The position numbers and the translations under genes were made by a program. The notes below the pieces were generated by a model. That model was not told the DNA's origin, searched no databases, and worked only from the letters and a program-made list of their open reading frames with translations. Below are positions 36,316 through 49,684 of a DNA stretch of 51,372 nucleotides, in pieces (position 1 is the first letter of the stretch; each line of letters starts with the position of its first letter). The DNA is from Nemertoderma westbladi. Taxonomy: Eukaryota > Animalia > Xenacoelomorpha. The stretch is taken from NCBI GenBank assembly GCA_032718475.1, contig JAUCBJ010005046.1, forward strand, positions 1-51,372. The letters are read 5' to 3'.

Positions 36316-37636
36316 TTGCAGCGTTACGGCCTATAGAACGGAACGCTGCAAAGTAATCAATAAACTGGAAACAACTTAAAGTACGGTATTCCAGAATGTA
36401 TTATTTCCATTTATATTAATGCATGCTGCTTTATTATCCGCCGTATCAATTGACGGGACTACAGGACTATCTACTGTATGTAATAATTATTGTTTAACGT
36501 GTAAGACTGTATTCCATTATAATATATTTTACATAAAATCAGAAAAGGAAATGGCAACAGTGTTCAATAAAACTGAACTGACACAGACGGTGGTGACTCA
36601 GTTTGGTTCAGTCGACTAAGTTCAAGATAGATCAAAGATTTATCACATCCATGCAGAAAAGGGCTAGAGTTCCGCCCGTGCCAACATTTTCATTTTGCTC
36701 TAAAATGTGTATAGTTTACTAGCTACTACTTTTTAATGTTAGTGTGAAGTATTCTAGGTTTTTTCGAATTATTTTTTTGTTAAATAATGTTCCAGAACAT
36801 ATTATTTTTTGTTCTAGGACATTTTTAAAAATTATATTTTTTGATTTTTAACACGTTTTTTTGTATAATTAACATATATGGCCGGGTTGCACACCTTGAC
36901 TTAAGTTAAGTGTCTATTTTATACTTAAGTTGCAACTTAGTTAAGTAGGCACTTAGACTTAAGTAAAATTGCGTTGCTCATTCGAAAGTTAAGTTGTCTT
37001 AACTAAGTAGCCTAACTTAAGTAGTTAAGTACTTAAGTAGCTAACTTAAGTATTCCTAACTTAAGTTAAGAATTCAGAACGGTACTAGTTCGCCATGTCG
37101 ACACACCCATGCAATTGTTTTCCACTGGCTATAAAGTTTCTTTGATTTTTAAATATTTTGTTCTAGAACATAGACTACATTCATCCAACATAATATTTTA
37201 TGGTAGCTACTATTTTTCAAAATACTAGCTATTTAAAATTTGTTTTTTATATTTTATTTACGGTACATTTTTTTGCTTATTCTAGAATATTTGGCTTTCC
37301 AAGTAAAGTGTTGTATTCCAACCAGTCAGCAATTCCAGTCAGCGACCATGTTCAAAAATTAACATTTTGCATCACAAATTGCCTGAACGTTAATGCTACT
37401 GTACCCCTTTCTGTCAATACAGTCAGAATACAGTCTTACACATTAAACAATTTATTTACATACAGTGCTTCAAACTGGACGCACGTACTATGCCAACACG
37501 TGCTGCTTTATTGAATAAAGCAGCACGCTATTTCCACTATAAATGGAAATACATTCTGGAATACGATATTAAGTTGTTTGCATGTAATTGATTACTTTGC
37601 ATTGTTCCGTCATATAGGCCGCAATGCTGCAAAGTA
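36316..37636. mobile_element. Element bounded by ~100-bp inverted repeats, each ending in a hairpin
   Basis: 36316-36418 (TTGCAGCGTTACGGCCTATAGAACGGAACGCTGCAAAGTAATCAAT...ATTCCAGAATGTATT) is mirrored at 37538-37636; a related hairpin lies at 12575-12618. Confidence 0.65.
36880..37070. repeat. Low-complexity palindromic ACTTAAGT-rich repeat (MITE fragment)
   Basis: Many ACTTAAGT/TAACTTAAGTTA palindromes following GGCCGGGTTGCAC. Confidence 0.55.
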
Positions 37637-37849
37637 CTTTAAGCGTTACGAGTAGTTCACCAGAACGCTGTTAAGTTGACATAATTTTACAAAAATGTTT
37701 AATTAATATCAGTTATAGCACAATTTGTTAACCCAACTTTTGGCATTTTTTTTTAGACGTTTTTTGAAAATTACAGTTCATGAAATATGATTTGTTACAT
37801 CTCTATGTTTGACTTAGACCTGTTTTTTTGGTGTTCGCAATTAGATGGA

Positions 37850-38420
37850 ATTCATACACAATAAGCTAGAAAATTCAAACTTGTTTTTTGCCGCGGTGCC
37901 AAATTTTGGTGCCAACACCAAATTTTCAAATATGTTAATTTTGTAATTTAATTGTTTGAACCTGTTTTTTTCACAGTAGGGGTTTTTTGAGGTTCTGTTT
38001 TCGATAGAATATAAACGAGTTGCACCAGGCGTATCAAACTTCTATTTTTTGGTGCTGTGTGCAAAATTTGGTGCCACGCGAAATTTTAAAAATCCATTCA
38101 ATAGTTGTGACAACTAATTTTTTGTATTTTATAGGTTTATTGGGGTAATCAATGGAATAACTAGGCCTAATTATCTAATTAGACATCTCAAACTTATATT
38201 TTTCGGCGGTGTGTGGAAATTATTGTGCGAGCACCAAATTTTTGATGGACTCAATAAAAACAGTATTGGACATCACAAACTTGTTCGCTTTTGTGTTGAG
38301 TACGAAATTTGGTGCTGGCACCAAAATTTGCCATAATACGCCAAAAATACGAGTAGCAATGATCTGGAAAATTAGATATGTATTCCATTAGAATCAGCGC
38401 CCCAGAAAACATTAAAATAT
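37850..38420. repeat. Degenerate tandem repeat with AAATTTGGTGC...CACCAAAATTT motifs
   Basis: CAAACTT..TTTTT...AAATTT(T)GGTGC recurs about four times. Confidence 0.5.
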
Positions 38421-39511
38421 GAATTTATAGCATCGTATAAGTCAATTAAAATTATGGTGTTCAAACTGCTTGAGTCTCAAAATTGTATGCCTACGTAGCG
38501 GACAAAAACCGCCATTTATAGTAATCCGATGATTTTTAAATATTTTCCAATGATTTTTATTTTCAAATTTAACGCCCCAAAAAACCTGCATTGATATAAG
38601 ATTAGCTGAAAAATGTCACTTTCAAATATTTTGAAAGTTGTTCACTACTTGGTAGAGATAAAATTATGTAATAGTATGTAATTATTATGTAATGATTATA
38701 TAATGGAATGGAAAACAAAACAAAGAATAACAATTATTAAAATTTAAAACATTTCAAACTAATCATAAACGTAACTAGTTTAAAAATTCAATTCTAGAAA
38801 AATCCCAAAAACACTACTTGGACTTAGAATTACGACTCGTTCACTACTTGGGATATTGGTGCCGCAAAAAATCCACCCCATTATTAAATTGTTTCGAAAT
38901 TTTTTTTTCGTTCTGATTCGGACTAGTGAAATCTTCCTACTATACAAACAAACAATCAGACGTTTTCGTTAATATTTTTAGATTTTAGAGGGGGAATAAT
39001 TATTTTTATTCGAATAATTTTCATAGAAAATGCAACTATTTATAATTTGAAATGGGCAAATGTTCTAAACTGCTTCGTCACGTGAACAATTTTTACAAAA
39101 GCTATAATTTTCCAGAACTTTAAATTGTATGGATCCAAGAAATGTTGATAACAGATTTACCGAGGAAATAGATTTACCAGAAGAAGTCTGGCAGATTCCT
39201 TTCCCTCATCACGCAATGGACCTTGCAGAACCGACAGCCAATTACTAATACCTTACGGATAGAATATAACATTAAAGATATATTTAATTTAATTAACTTC
39301 ATGTTGCATATAATTAATTAAGTTTCTAGCACACATTTCCCCTCACTAAACAGAATAGTTAGAGTTACAGAAAATTTTAGTAAGTTACTTCATAATATTA
39401 AGCACGTGTAAAATTATCTAATTTACTACATAATTTATAACAATATAACTAACTATTTCAACTTATAAAGAAATAAATAAATTAGTGTTCTAACATTGAC
39501 GAGTGAATTTA

Positions 39512-42500
39512 TTAATTCGAATAGTTATGGATGATATCAAGTTTTTGTTCGCGCAGCTCAGCAAACGGCTCTGGAATGTCATCAAGATCATCACAACCGA
39601 CAAATTGAGAATCATCCAAACTTTTATCATCGATAATTTCAACATTGTAATTATCATCGAATTCGTCATAAGCTGGATTAGTAAGACACATTGGATTGTC
39701 AGTAACATCGCCTCCAACAGGAAACTCACCTTTATGTTTATTGTTGTTGTTCGAATGAAACAGTCTAACTGCCATAGATGTTCGTTTTAGAGAGTAAACC
39801 TCAGGGTTTATCTGTCGCCTCCACAGGAACCAAACAACCCCTCCGAAAACACCCAAAATGAGAAAGCAAACAAATACGCAACTTACAATAGATGCAACTG
39901 AACCTGAAGTAGTAGATACTGTAGGTAGTTGCAATAATGACGCATTATAAGATGATATATCATTGCAGTTGTGACCTGTTATACCATTAACGCATAAACA
40001 CTTAGCAACTCCATCAACTACAGAACAAACTCCACCGTTAGCACAGAACCCTTCAAAACATCGCGAAGAACAGATTTTACCTGATGCACCATCAGGACAT
40101 GCGCAAGTGTATCTGGCATCCGGCGCAAGGAGACAGATGTATTCACAGTGACCTTCATTACATTGGTTGGTTTCTAGAATACGCTGATGCACAAGATGGG
40201 CCCCAATTAATGAGGAGTAAGGGTAGCCACGGGACAGTCTGTTTTCACTGGATATTCTTCCAGAAACTTTGTTCATCGTAATAATTTCATTAATTCGTGA
40301 AGCACGCGAGTATCGCATCATATATAGATTTTCCTCAAACAATGTTAACCCATTAACATTTCCAACATGAGATGCTAAAGTTGCAATTTTCGATCTGCCT
40401 TGAAGACTGCCAAGATCTATATACTGAATCTTTTCTTCATAATCATTGTACCAATAAATTACCTCTTTTATCTGGTCTAATGCGATATGTGAAGGAGCAA
40501 ATGGATGCTTATAATCACTGGTAATCACTTTTTTATGGCTGCCATCCATCCAGGATGAATATACAGCGCCTCCTTGATTACCTGTACCAGCCCAAAACAT
40601 AAGACCGGTGTTTGGATGCACCGTTATGCAACGTGGTCGGATTTCTAAGCTGGAATGAATCCTAGACACATAGTAATTTAATTCATTATATGCTGGTGCT
40701 ACTGAAATACTGAAATCCAGGACGTCAGCCCAATAGACATTTTTCGCTTTCCAATCAAATGCTAATCTGATTTCATGTTTAATTATTTCGTTTCTAACAA
40801 TCTTTACAAAACCTCCATATGATTGTACAGACATTTCCCTTCGAACAATACCAACATCTTTGATCGCCAGGAAGATCTGTTGATGAACTAAGTCATAATC
40901 GATGCTGAAAATTTCAGAGTTGCCTAATGCCCTAAACATTTCTGTTGTTCCATTCAAAAATTCATTAAGTACCAAGACCTTATTTTCATTTCCGGCAATA
41001 AATTTAACTTGATGTCCACGAGCTTTGCACTGTGTTCTATTTTCCAAATAGTATCCTGTAGCACACTCGCATTCGAAATAACCAATACTATTAGAACAGA
41101 AATGGCTACAATTGTTATTAGAAGGTTTATCACACTCGTTGATATCGATGCAGCTGAGTCCATCATAGCTTAAGTAATACCCATTGCTATCACATGCACA
41201 CTTTGGACCATTCGGTGATGCATAACATATATGTGCACAATTGCTCTGTAATTTGCAGCTGTTCTTGGCCTTATTGCAGTAGTAAATATCTTCATCTGAA
41301 CCATCCATGCATGCTGCCTGGCCATCGCATGATTTATTGTAAGGAATGCACTCCATGTCGTCACATGTGTACTCATCACCTTTGCACAGAGTCCAGCGGT
41401 CTTCCATGAAAGTGCACGATTTCTCATCTGATTGGTCAGGACAATCAGGCATGCCATCACAGATGAAACTTTTCCTAACGCACTTACCTGAATTGCATTT
41501 AAACTCTCCACCATGACAGGTAATATTTCCACATAATGAAGGGAGTTCATCTGTCCCATGGGCACAATCGTTTACTCCATCGCACACGTGGTTGCTTGAA
41601 AGACACCGACCTTCTGGTAAACATTTAAACTCCCTTTCGCTACATTTCACTACAAGGTCAACTTGTGTGTCTGAACAATACCATTCATCACTTCCATCAT
41701 CGCATTCTAAAAGTCCATTACATCTGGTAGCCATATCTTTGGCATTTCCATTTTGGCATTTCCAAAATCCACTTACTTCTTGACACACACTCCTGTCCTC
41801 ATCATCACCCATTGGGCAGTCAGCATACCCATTGCATGTATTTTCAAGGGAAATACAAGTAACTATGTGAGGATCACTTGCACATTTATATTCATTTGTC
41901 ATACACAACTTATTAAATGTCCTGCAATGATTTGTGTTTTCATCACTACCATCACTACAATCGCTCCGACCATCACAAGTGAACTCACTATGAATACAAT
42001 ATCCATTATTGCAACGGAAGTATCCATCACGACAGTCTGGAAGCACATTCGTCAAGCAATCATTTTCATCATCCCCCTGCTGACAATCCTTATTAGTATC
42101 ACAAACTTGACTCTTCAGCAAACAAGTTTTAGTTCCCTTACACTGATATCCTCCCAAACATTTTGGATGGCTGCTGGAAAGACAATCACCCTCATCATCT
42201 TTTCCTATACAATCAAATATACCATCGCATATCTTCTCCGTTGATATACAAGAAACACCATCAGCACACATATATTGATCAACATCAACGCATTGCTTAG
42301 ATTTACTACATCCATCAACACCTTCAAGAAGCATTTTACCATCAGGACAAATGCATGACGAATTACTTAGACTGTAATTTACTGTTGAAATGCATAAATA
42401 AGAACATTTATTTTGTAGACAGTGGTTAGTCCCAGGTGTGACAGATTTACCCATGATTGTTAATGAACCAATTTCAAAGTTGTTATCATCAAATTGGAAA

Positions 42501-45500
42501 ATGTGTTTCGGATTAGTGCTTTTTCTAAAGTCAACTGGAAAACTCGAAATTTTTCTGTTTAACAGAGACGACCATATTATGAGACCCCCCTCAACATCCA
42601 GTACGTGAGGTCTGTTTACAATTGAAGTTACCCTTGTCGATACAATATTAAAATTGCTATCAAATTCTATAGCCTCGATTCTTGAATTTCTTAAATCAGT
42701 CCAAAATAATGTCGAGTCATATACTGCCAAGCTGAAAATATATCCTAGCCTTTCCTCATCAGTAACAACCTCACGTATGTGTCCACTCAAGGACATTCTT
42801 TCAATAGCTTGAGAAGCGTCACTTATTGCAAAGTATAACCAACCTCCAATAATATCTATTGTCAAAGAAGTAAACCTTGCATTCTTGGATGTAGCTAATG
42901 TCCTATTCCTTCCATTGTCTATACTGATGACTCTTATTTGGCTATGTTTATTGTTCCTTGAATATGATGACCAGTATATGTTTCTTGTAGACCAATCACC
43001 AGCTAATGATTCAACAAGTAGTCTGTGACTTTCATCATTAAATTGATTATCAAAGAGGACAATTTCATCCGAAGAGTTAGATCCACTGACACTTCGTATA
43101 GATTTCTTATTTGAAAAATAGAAACGACCATCTTCTGGGTTGTATTTCAAGCTGGTTATATCTTTTGTTTCGGTGCTAACAGTAATTGTCTTTACTAAAT
43201 TTGAATTTAAACCAGGTTTTATAGCGATGATTTCGATTTTGTTGATAACCCCAACTGCAACATGCGTCACTTCCCTGCAGGAATGACCATCAAAATCCAA
43301 AAAAAATCCATTTGCGCAGCCACATCGAAAATTGCCTGATTCACAGAGAAGACAAAATTGACTACATCTTGAATTATCACAAGAGTTCATAAAACTAGGC
43401 TGAAGGTAAATATGACTAATTTTAATTGCTGATGGCAGCGATTTATCTTTAACAATTACCTCAGTTTGTTTGCCAGTAAACTTGTTTGCTTTATTTATAG
43501 AATGTGTCGCTGTCTCACTCCAATACACTTGATTGTCTAACACTGTTAAAGAAAAAGGAGCAATCACTAAATCCTCCAGAACAATGTTCAGAGACAAATC
43601 TTGCAAATCAAAATAAGCTATTATCCCATTTTTCCAATCTGACATGTAGAGAGCTTGTTGTGGAAAATCAAAATAAATTGAATTTGGTGCAATAACCTTT
43701 GAGTGTGGGAATTGTAGAAGCACTTTTATATTAGTTCCATCCATGTTTGCAACATACAACTTTGTAATATAATTTTCATTTCCGAGAAAATACAACAGTC
43801 CATCCAGTGGATTGACCACAATACCTGTTGGATCCTGTAACCCATCAATCAATACAGAGGAAGGATGATCCCCACCAGAAGCAGTGACTCCAATCACACC
43901 ACCATTTATATCAGTCCAATAAATATTGTTGGTTATCCAATCAAATGCAATACCTTTTCGAATACCACTATCTGAAAACTGAAAGATTTCAACAGAACCG
44001 GATGTCATATTCAATTGGTATAAGTTTTGAGATTCTAGGAAAGAAAGATATACTAAATTTTGAGCAACATTTACATCTAAAGCAACAATTATTCCACTAT
44101 TGTAACCATCAAGAGATTTCTTTGCAACTGTTGTCATTTGTTGGTTTAGTGAATGTACTGAATTCTTGGATGAGTACAATATAAGTGGTGATTGGTCTGT
44201 AGACTTACAAGTGAAATCATCAGGTTCCATGGCGAATCCATGCATGCATGTACACAAAAAACTCCCAATGGTATTAGTGCATAATTGTGTGCAGCCCCCA
44301 TTGTTAATCTCACATTCATTGATATCAAAGCATTGCATTCTTGGAGAAAGGTAGAAGCCAGCATGGCAATAACATTGACCTCCATTAGGCGTATTGTGAC
44401 AGTATTGGCAAGAGTGAGATCCACTGTAACAACTATTCTTGAGGCATTGGGTTTTATCTTCATCACTTCCATCTGAGCAATCATTGTGATAATCACAGGA
44501 TTTATGTATTGGTATGCACTCGCCTGGAATTGCACATTTATAAAAGTTGGACTGTGAGCAGTTAGAATTGCTGCAATTATTATCAAACTCATCCCATCCA
44601 TCAGAGCAATCCTGAATTCCATCACAAATCCAAGATATTTTAATCAGTTTATTATCTCGACACTGTGTCAGGTTGATATTGCTACCTGCAATTTTGTTAG
44701 GTTGACATTTCTCATACTCATCAGAATTATCTGGGCAGTCAGGAAATCCATCGCATACCCAATTCTTCAAGATACACATGTGAGGGTCGCTGCTGCATTT
44801 CCATTCATTACTATTGCAAATCTTATTGGTTAAATTATAACACAGAGAAGACAATTCATCGGCACCATTAACGCAATCTCGATCGCCATCACACAATGAT
44901 TGGCGACTAATACACTGCCCATTACCACAGCCAAACTTATCAATTCTACACTGAGGGAAATTACAATCCATCTCGTCCACACCATCATCACAGTCAGTAT
45001 AATAGTCACATTTCCAACTATTTGGAAAGCATTTGCCATCGCAAAGGAATTGGTCTTCAGGTGGACAGACCACTGGACAATCAAATTCATCTTCCCCACT
45101 GTAGCAATCAGGTATGCCATCACAGAACAATTCTTCAGATATACAAATGCCATTGTTACATGATTTTTTATGCTTTCCACATTTCATATGGCAATTTTCC
45201 TCATCACTACCATCATCACAGTCGATTTCATCATCACATACATGTGAATCCGAAATGCAACCAACACCATCTGCACAAGCATAACGACCATTCTTATTGC
45301 AAGTATTGCATTCCACTTCATCTGAACCATCAGGGCAATCATTCTGCCCATCACATATCCAACTTCTATGTACACAGCCTCCGGTGCCACATTTAAACTT
45401 CTTGTCACCATGTCTGCAATCTGTTGGAATTGTGCAATGTCCCCTAGAGCCAAGTTGATACATCAAGTGGTTTGGACATATACACTTATATATACCACTT

Positions 45501-46899
45501 ATAAATACACCAAGAAATTGACAGTTGGATTCTCTCTGAATATTATTCCATGACAAGGTATCACTTAAAGTTGCATTCAAGTTAGGTGCGACAAAGAAGA
45601 TAACACGATCAGTGAGCAGATGATGTCGAAATAATCCAGTGTGTTTGTGGCTGATAGCCACTGACTTGGTTCCTAAGGAAGACCACACTAATCCCCCATG
45701 GTACACAAATAGCGCCTGTGGGTGATCCAAATCTCTGGCAATCTCCACAAGCTTGCCTCCATGTAAGCGGGCCATACTGACAGTCCCTAGTCTGGGATCT
45801 GTCCAATAAACGGTGGACCTTGATGGATCAAGGGCGATATGCCCTGGATGAGAACCATTCGCTAAGGGAACAACTAATTGCGGTGGGGAACTACCATCAA
45901 TAGAAATGAAAAAAATTCCAGCATTGTTTCTCCCCCGATTAGTGAAATAAAGTCGACTTTCTATTGGACTAATGGCCAATCCATAAGGTGAAAAATGAGT
46001 GACGTTTTTAAACAGAGACATCCGGTGTTTGCCATACTTGGAGGACATTTCAATGCTACCAAGTAAAGAATCCGTCCAAATCAAGTTGCCTGTTAATGGA
46101 TCCACTACAATGCTACCGACTTTTCCAATACCTTGCTTCATAAGAACATTTTGACCTCCATTCCCGTTCCAATAAATAACATTACTTTCACTATTATACC
46201 AGTACAGAATGTTTTCTATCGTATTTACCGCCATTGTGGTTATACCTCCATTCAATGATGAATTAAATGATTCATTGTATGTGCCTTTTGAGAAATTCGG
46301 CCACTGAATGTAGTGTAGATTGTTGCCATCTGTGTACCAAGTTTTAATGCCGATACATTCGTGTCTGTCGGACCCCAATCTTAAATCCAGCGGGCACAGA
46401 CACTGATAATGCTGGTCCTGTAGAGGTACACAGACGTGGCTGCACTCTGGGAACTGATTTGAACAAGGGCTATTAAACATTTCGTAATCATTGTGATTGA
46501 AAACTCCTAAATCTCCGGGATGTTTGACACTAAATAATTGAGCAAAGTTTTCTCCTGTAATTTTGTTAGAGGAGAAAATCGCCCCAGCTTTTCTGTCAGT
46601 CCAATACAAAGTGTTATCAAACACACCAATAGATAGAGGGTGTTGCATGTTTGAGTCAAGCGTAGTGCGCCGATTTCTACCATCAAGATCACAGGATTCT
46701 ATGCGTTTGTGTTTGCCATCGATCCAGTAGATTCTGTTACTGGCGGCGTCTAAAGTGAGTCCATTGGGCCACCCCAGACGTCGTGACACCAACGACCTCC
46801 GGTGAGATCCATCCAGAGATGCTTTTTCGATTTGTGGATGGGACCCCCAATCAGTCCAGTATATACTCCCGTGTCCAAGTCGAGTATCAACAATGATAT
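39512..46899 (-). CDS. LDL-receptor-family (LRP/vitellogenin-receptor-like) protein, terminal 7388-bp exon: YWTD propellers, EGF modules, two clusters of 8 LDLa, TM and NPxY tail
   Basis: Acceptor TTTTTTTACAG at 46900, phase 1; open frame from IIVDTR..IYWTDWG through ORF 39512-46792; [25 protein letters not shown]; tail contains NPAY. Confidence 0.95.
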
Positions 46900-47754
46900 C
46901 TGTAAAAAAAATTAACTTATTTTACTTCATAATCATTTCAATCAATCTAAATTTAATATCGTGGCGACTGAATTTGTATCTATTTATTATTGGCGCCAAT
47001 GCCAATAGAAACTATCTACTTCATGGTTTATAATCTGACACCTTATACGATTTCGTTCCATATAAAGTATCTAGAGATATAATATAAATGGTATATTACA
47101 CCCTCAACATAAAATAAGCGGATTGCAGATTACAGCATAGCCTACAGGAAACTGACGATTACGCATTTCGCCCTCCCGGTAAAAGATAGGCTGACACCAC
47201 GTCAATAATTAAACATAATAGTTATCACAAAACGTATTGCAGATAAAATAATGGATCAGGTTGGCCTCCGTGGCATTGCCCATTTAATAATACCTTCTCA
47301 ATGAATACGCCCAGCCCCGTAAGACGTCTTTCCGGTGTTTAAACATTAAATGTTAAGGAAGAATCATCAATTGTGGCTGTGAAAGCGAAAAGGTACCTTA
47401 AGGTGAAAATGAGGTTTTTGAGTTAGATATTGCATGTGATTGGCCAACATCTCAGCTCTCTAATGAGCTATAAATTATCCTGATTGGATGAGTACATCAA
47501 GAGTTATTAGAAATTAAGTATTGGCACGACAACCAGATGGAAAATATACTATTACGAGTAAATCGCATTTAAAGATTTTGTTGTATTTTAATTTTAATAG
47601 TAGTAGGGATTACTAACAAAATATCTTGAAAGTGAGTTTGCTAAATCGGAGTGGGTCTGGTGTTGTGTTGTGATGTTGAGGCTTGAGGGGCAAAATGTGT
47701 AATAGGAATGTACATTAGCAAACTAATGAACAACTATGCTGCCTTTTTTTTCTA

Positions 47755-48090
47755 GTCTGGGACTTCGAGCAGCACGTGATCAACTAAGCTGGATGGTTAT
47801 CTAAGGCAGGGACTTCGAGCACCACGTGAACAATAAAGGTAGCTAGTTATAGTAGACTAGTCTGGGACTTCGAGCAGCACGTGAACAACAAAGGTAGCTA
47901 GTTATCAAGTCTGGGACTTCGAGCAGGACGTGCACAAATATGCTACGGTTTTATCTAGTTTGGGACTTCGAGCAGCACGTAAACAACAAAGCTATCTAGT
48001 TATCTTGTTTGAGACTTCGAGCAACACGTGAACAACTAAGGTAGCTAGTTATCTGGTCTGGGACTTCGAGCAGCACGTGAACAACAAACC
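47755..48090. repeat. Minisatellite, ~50-bp unit, about 7 copies
   Basis: GGGACTTCGAGCAGCACGTGAACAAC..AGGTAGCTAGTTATC recurs. Confidence 0.85.
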
Positions 48091-48590
48091 TCAAAAAACT
48101 TCAGAATTATCAATCGAAACACAAACAATTTTTTATTTGACATTTTTTACTTGTACTTTTCGTCCTGGGGTCCAAAATAGCACCGAAAATGATGGTTGTT
48201 TTGCCAAAAAATATTTTTAACAAGTTTTATCGTGATCAGCGACCTCAAAAACCCGCATACATTCAGAATTATCAATCGAAACACAACATTTTTTAATTTG
48301 ACATTTTTTTTACTTGTACTTTTCGTCCTGGGGGTCCAAAATAGCACCAAAAATGATAGTTGCATTACCAGAAAATATTTTTAAGATGTTTTATCGTGTT
48401 CAACGACCTCGAAAACCCTTATACCATCAAAATTATAATTTTTGAGCCAAGATCTAAAAATTTCTAAAATGACTGACAACACTTGACAGATAAACAGACA
48501 AACAGACGGACAGACAGACAGACCGATTGACAAGCAAACATATTGAAAATAACTGGAAGATAGTTTTCTATTGGAATAATAAGGCATATA
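48088..48590 (-). mobile_element. DINE-1/HINE-like element with ~155-165-bp tandem units and a (GTCT)n microsatellite
   Basis: TTCAGAATTATCAATCGAAACACAA...GGGGTCCAAAATAGCACC is duplicated at ~48100 and ~48262; GACA repeats at 48485-48525. Confidence 0.6.
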
Positions 48591-49319
48591 AATTAATTTA
48601 TAAGATTGAATCTACATAGAACAACATAATATCTATCGGGAATGAGATTTAAATTTCAAAGCTTCTGACTACTCTCAATCAAAGCTGATTATCTCCAAAA
48701 CTAAGCTAGCTGTTAACATACCGTTAACACATTTGGATACCTCATTAAAAACTGCATATATCATATTGAAAATAAAAAAATTGAAAATTTTGACTTGGAA
48801 ATTTAATTTTTCTTTAAGTGCGATTTTCTCAAAACGACATTTTCCCGTTAAGGTACCTTTTCGCTTTCACCGCCACAATTGCAAGACTGCTTGGCTCAAG
48901 GGGGGAGGGGGGGGGGGTCTTATCATAATGATTAAAATCGTAGTGATATAAAATAACATTTAATCACAATCATACGTGTTTTATGCCATATTTAATGCCA
49001 TGCATATTTAATGCCATATTGCTCTCACATCTGTTAGATATATATTTTTTTCAAAATTTGACCAAAGGCGCTGTTCGATTTTCTGACACAATGTTAACAG
49101 CTGTACACCCTAACAGCCCTAACTAACGAATAAATATCGTTCTAAAATAACATTCTACTTGTTCTTAAACATTTTTCAATATTTGAACATTTTACATCTC
49201 AAAATTCAAAATTCCAATGTTTCCCATTCAGTAAACATCAAAATATCATAAAATTAGTGAATAGCTTAATATTTCATGTCTCGAATAATAATAAAGTAAT
49301 AATTCATTTTACGACTTAC

Positions 49320-49504
49320 ATCTCGGTAACTGTAATTCTTCCGTCAGTATAGGAGTTCGACCCCTGCCTAACGCCGATGCAATAACTATCTGAGCCGGTT
49401 CATTCTCCGTCCAGTATAGGTTATCTGAGACACAATCTACAGCCAGGCCATACTTGGCCTTCGTTCCGTAATATAAGACCTCAACATTGCCGCTTGCTGA
49501 TCTC
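49320..49504 (-). CDS. LRP-like gene internal exon (YWTD propeller)
   Basis: Acceptor TTTTGTTACAG, donor GTAAGT, phases 2/1; GLAVDCVSDNLYWTE. Confidence 0.9.
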
Positions 49505-49684
49505 CTGTAACAAAACATTTAGAATATAAGATCGACAACTTATTGTTGATGGAAAACGGACGTAATAATATTTTTCGTGGAATTAGTAAACATTAGTAAA
49601 CCCCAGGCAGTTCGTCTCAAAAACAAATTGCAATCAACTACAGCTGTAGTAGCCGCACGCAAGTTTGGTATAAAAACTACTGAC

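Larger units (their letters stand above)
47368..48881. mobile_element. Non-autonomous DNA transposon with ~34-44-bp TIRs carrying nested repeats
   Basis: CAATTGTGGCTGTGAAAGCGAAAAGGTACCTTAA (47368-47401) versus TTAAGGTACCTTTTCGCTTTCACCGCCACAATTG (48848-48881), one mismatch. Confidence 0.8.

Noticed and set aside
39490-46692. Many short ORFs overlapping the LRP-like exon on both strands
   Set aside because: Alternative-frame and antisense shadows of the long coding exon, with no independent motifs
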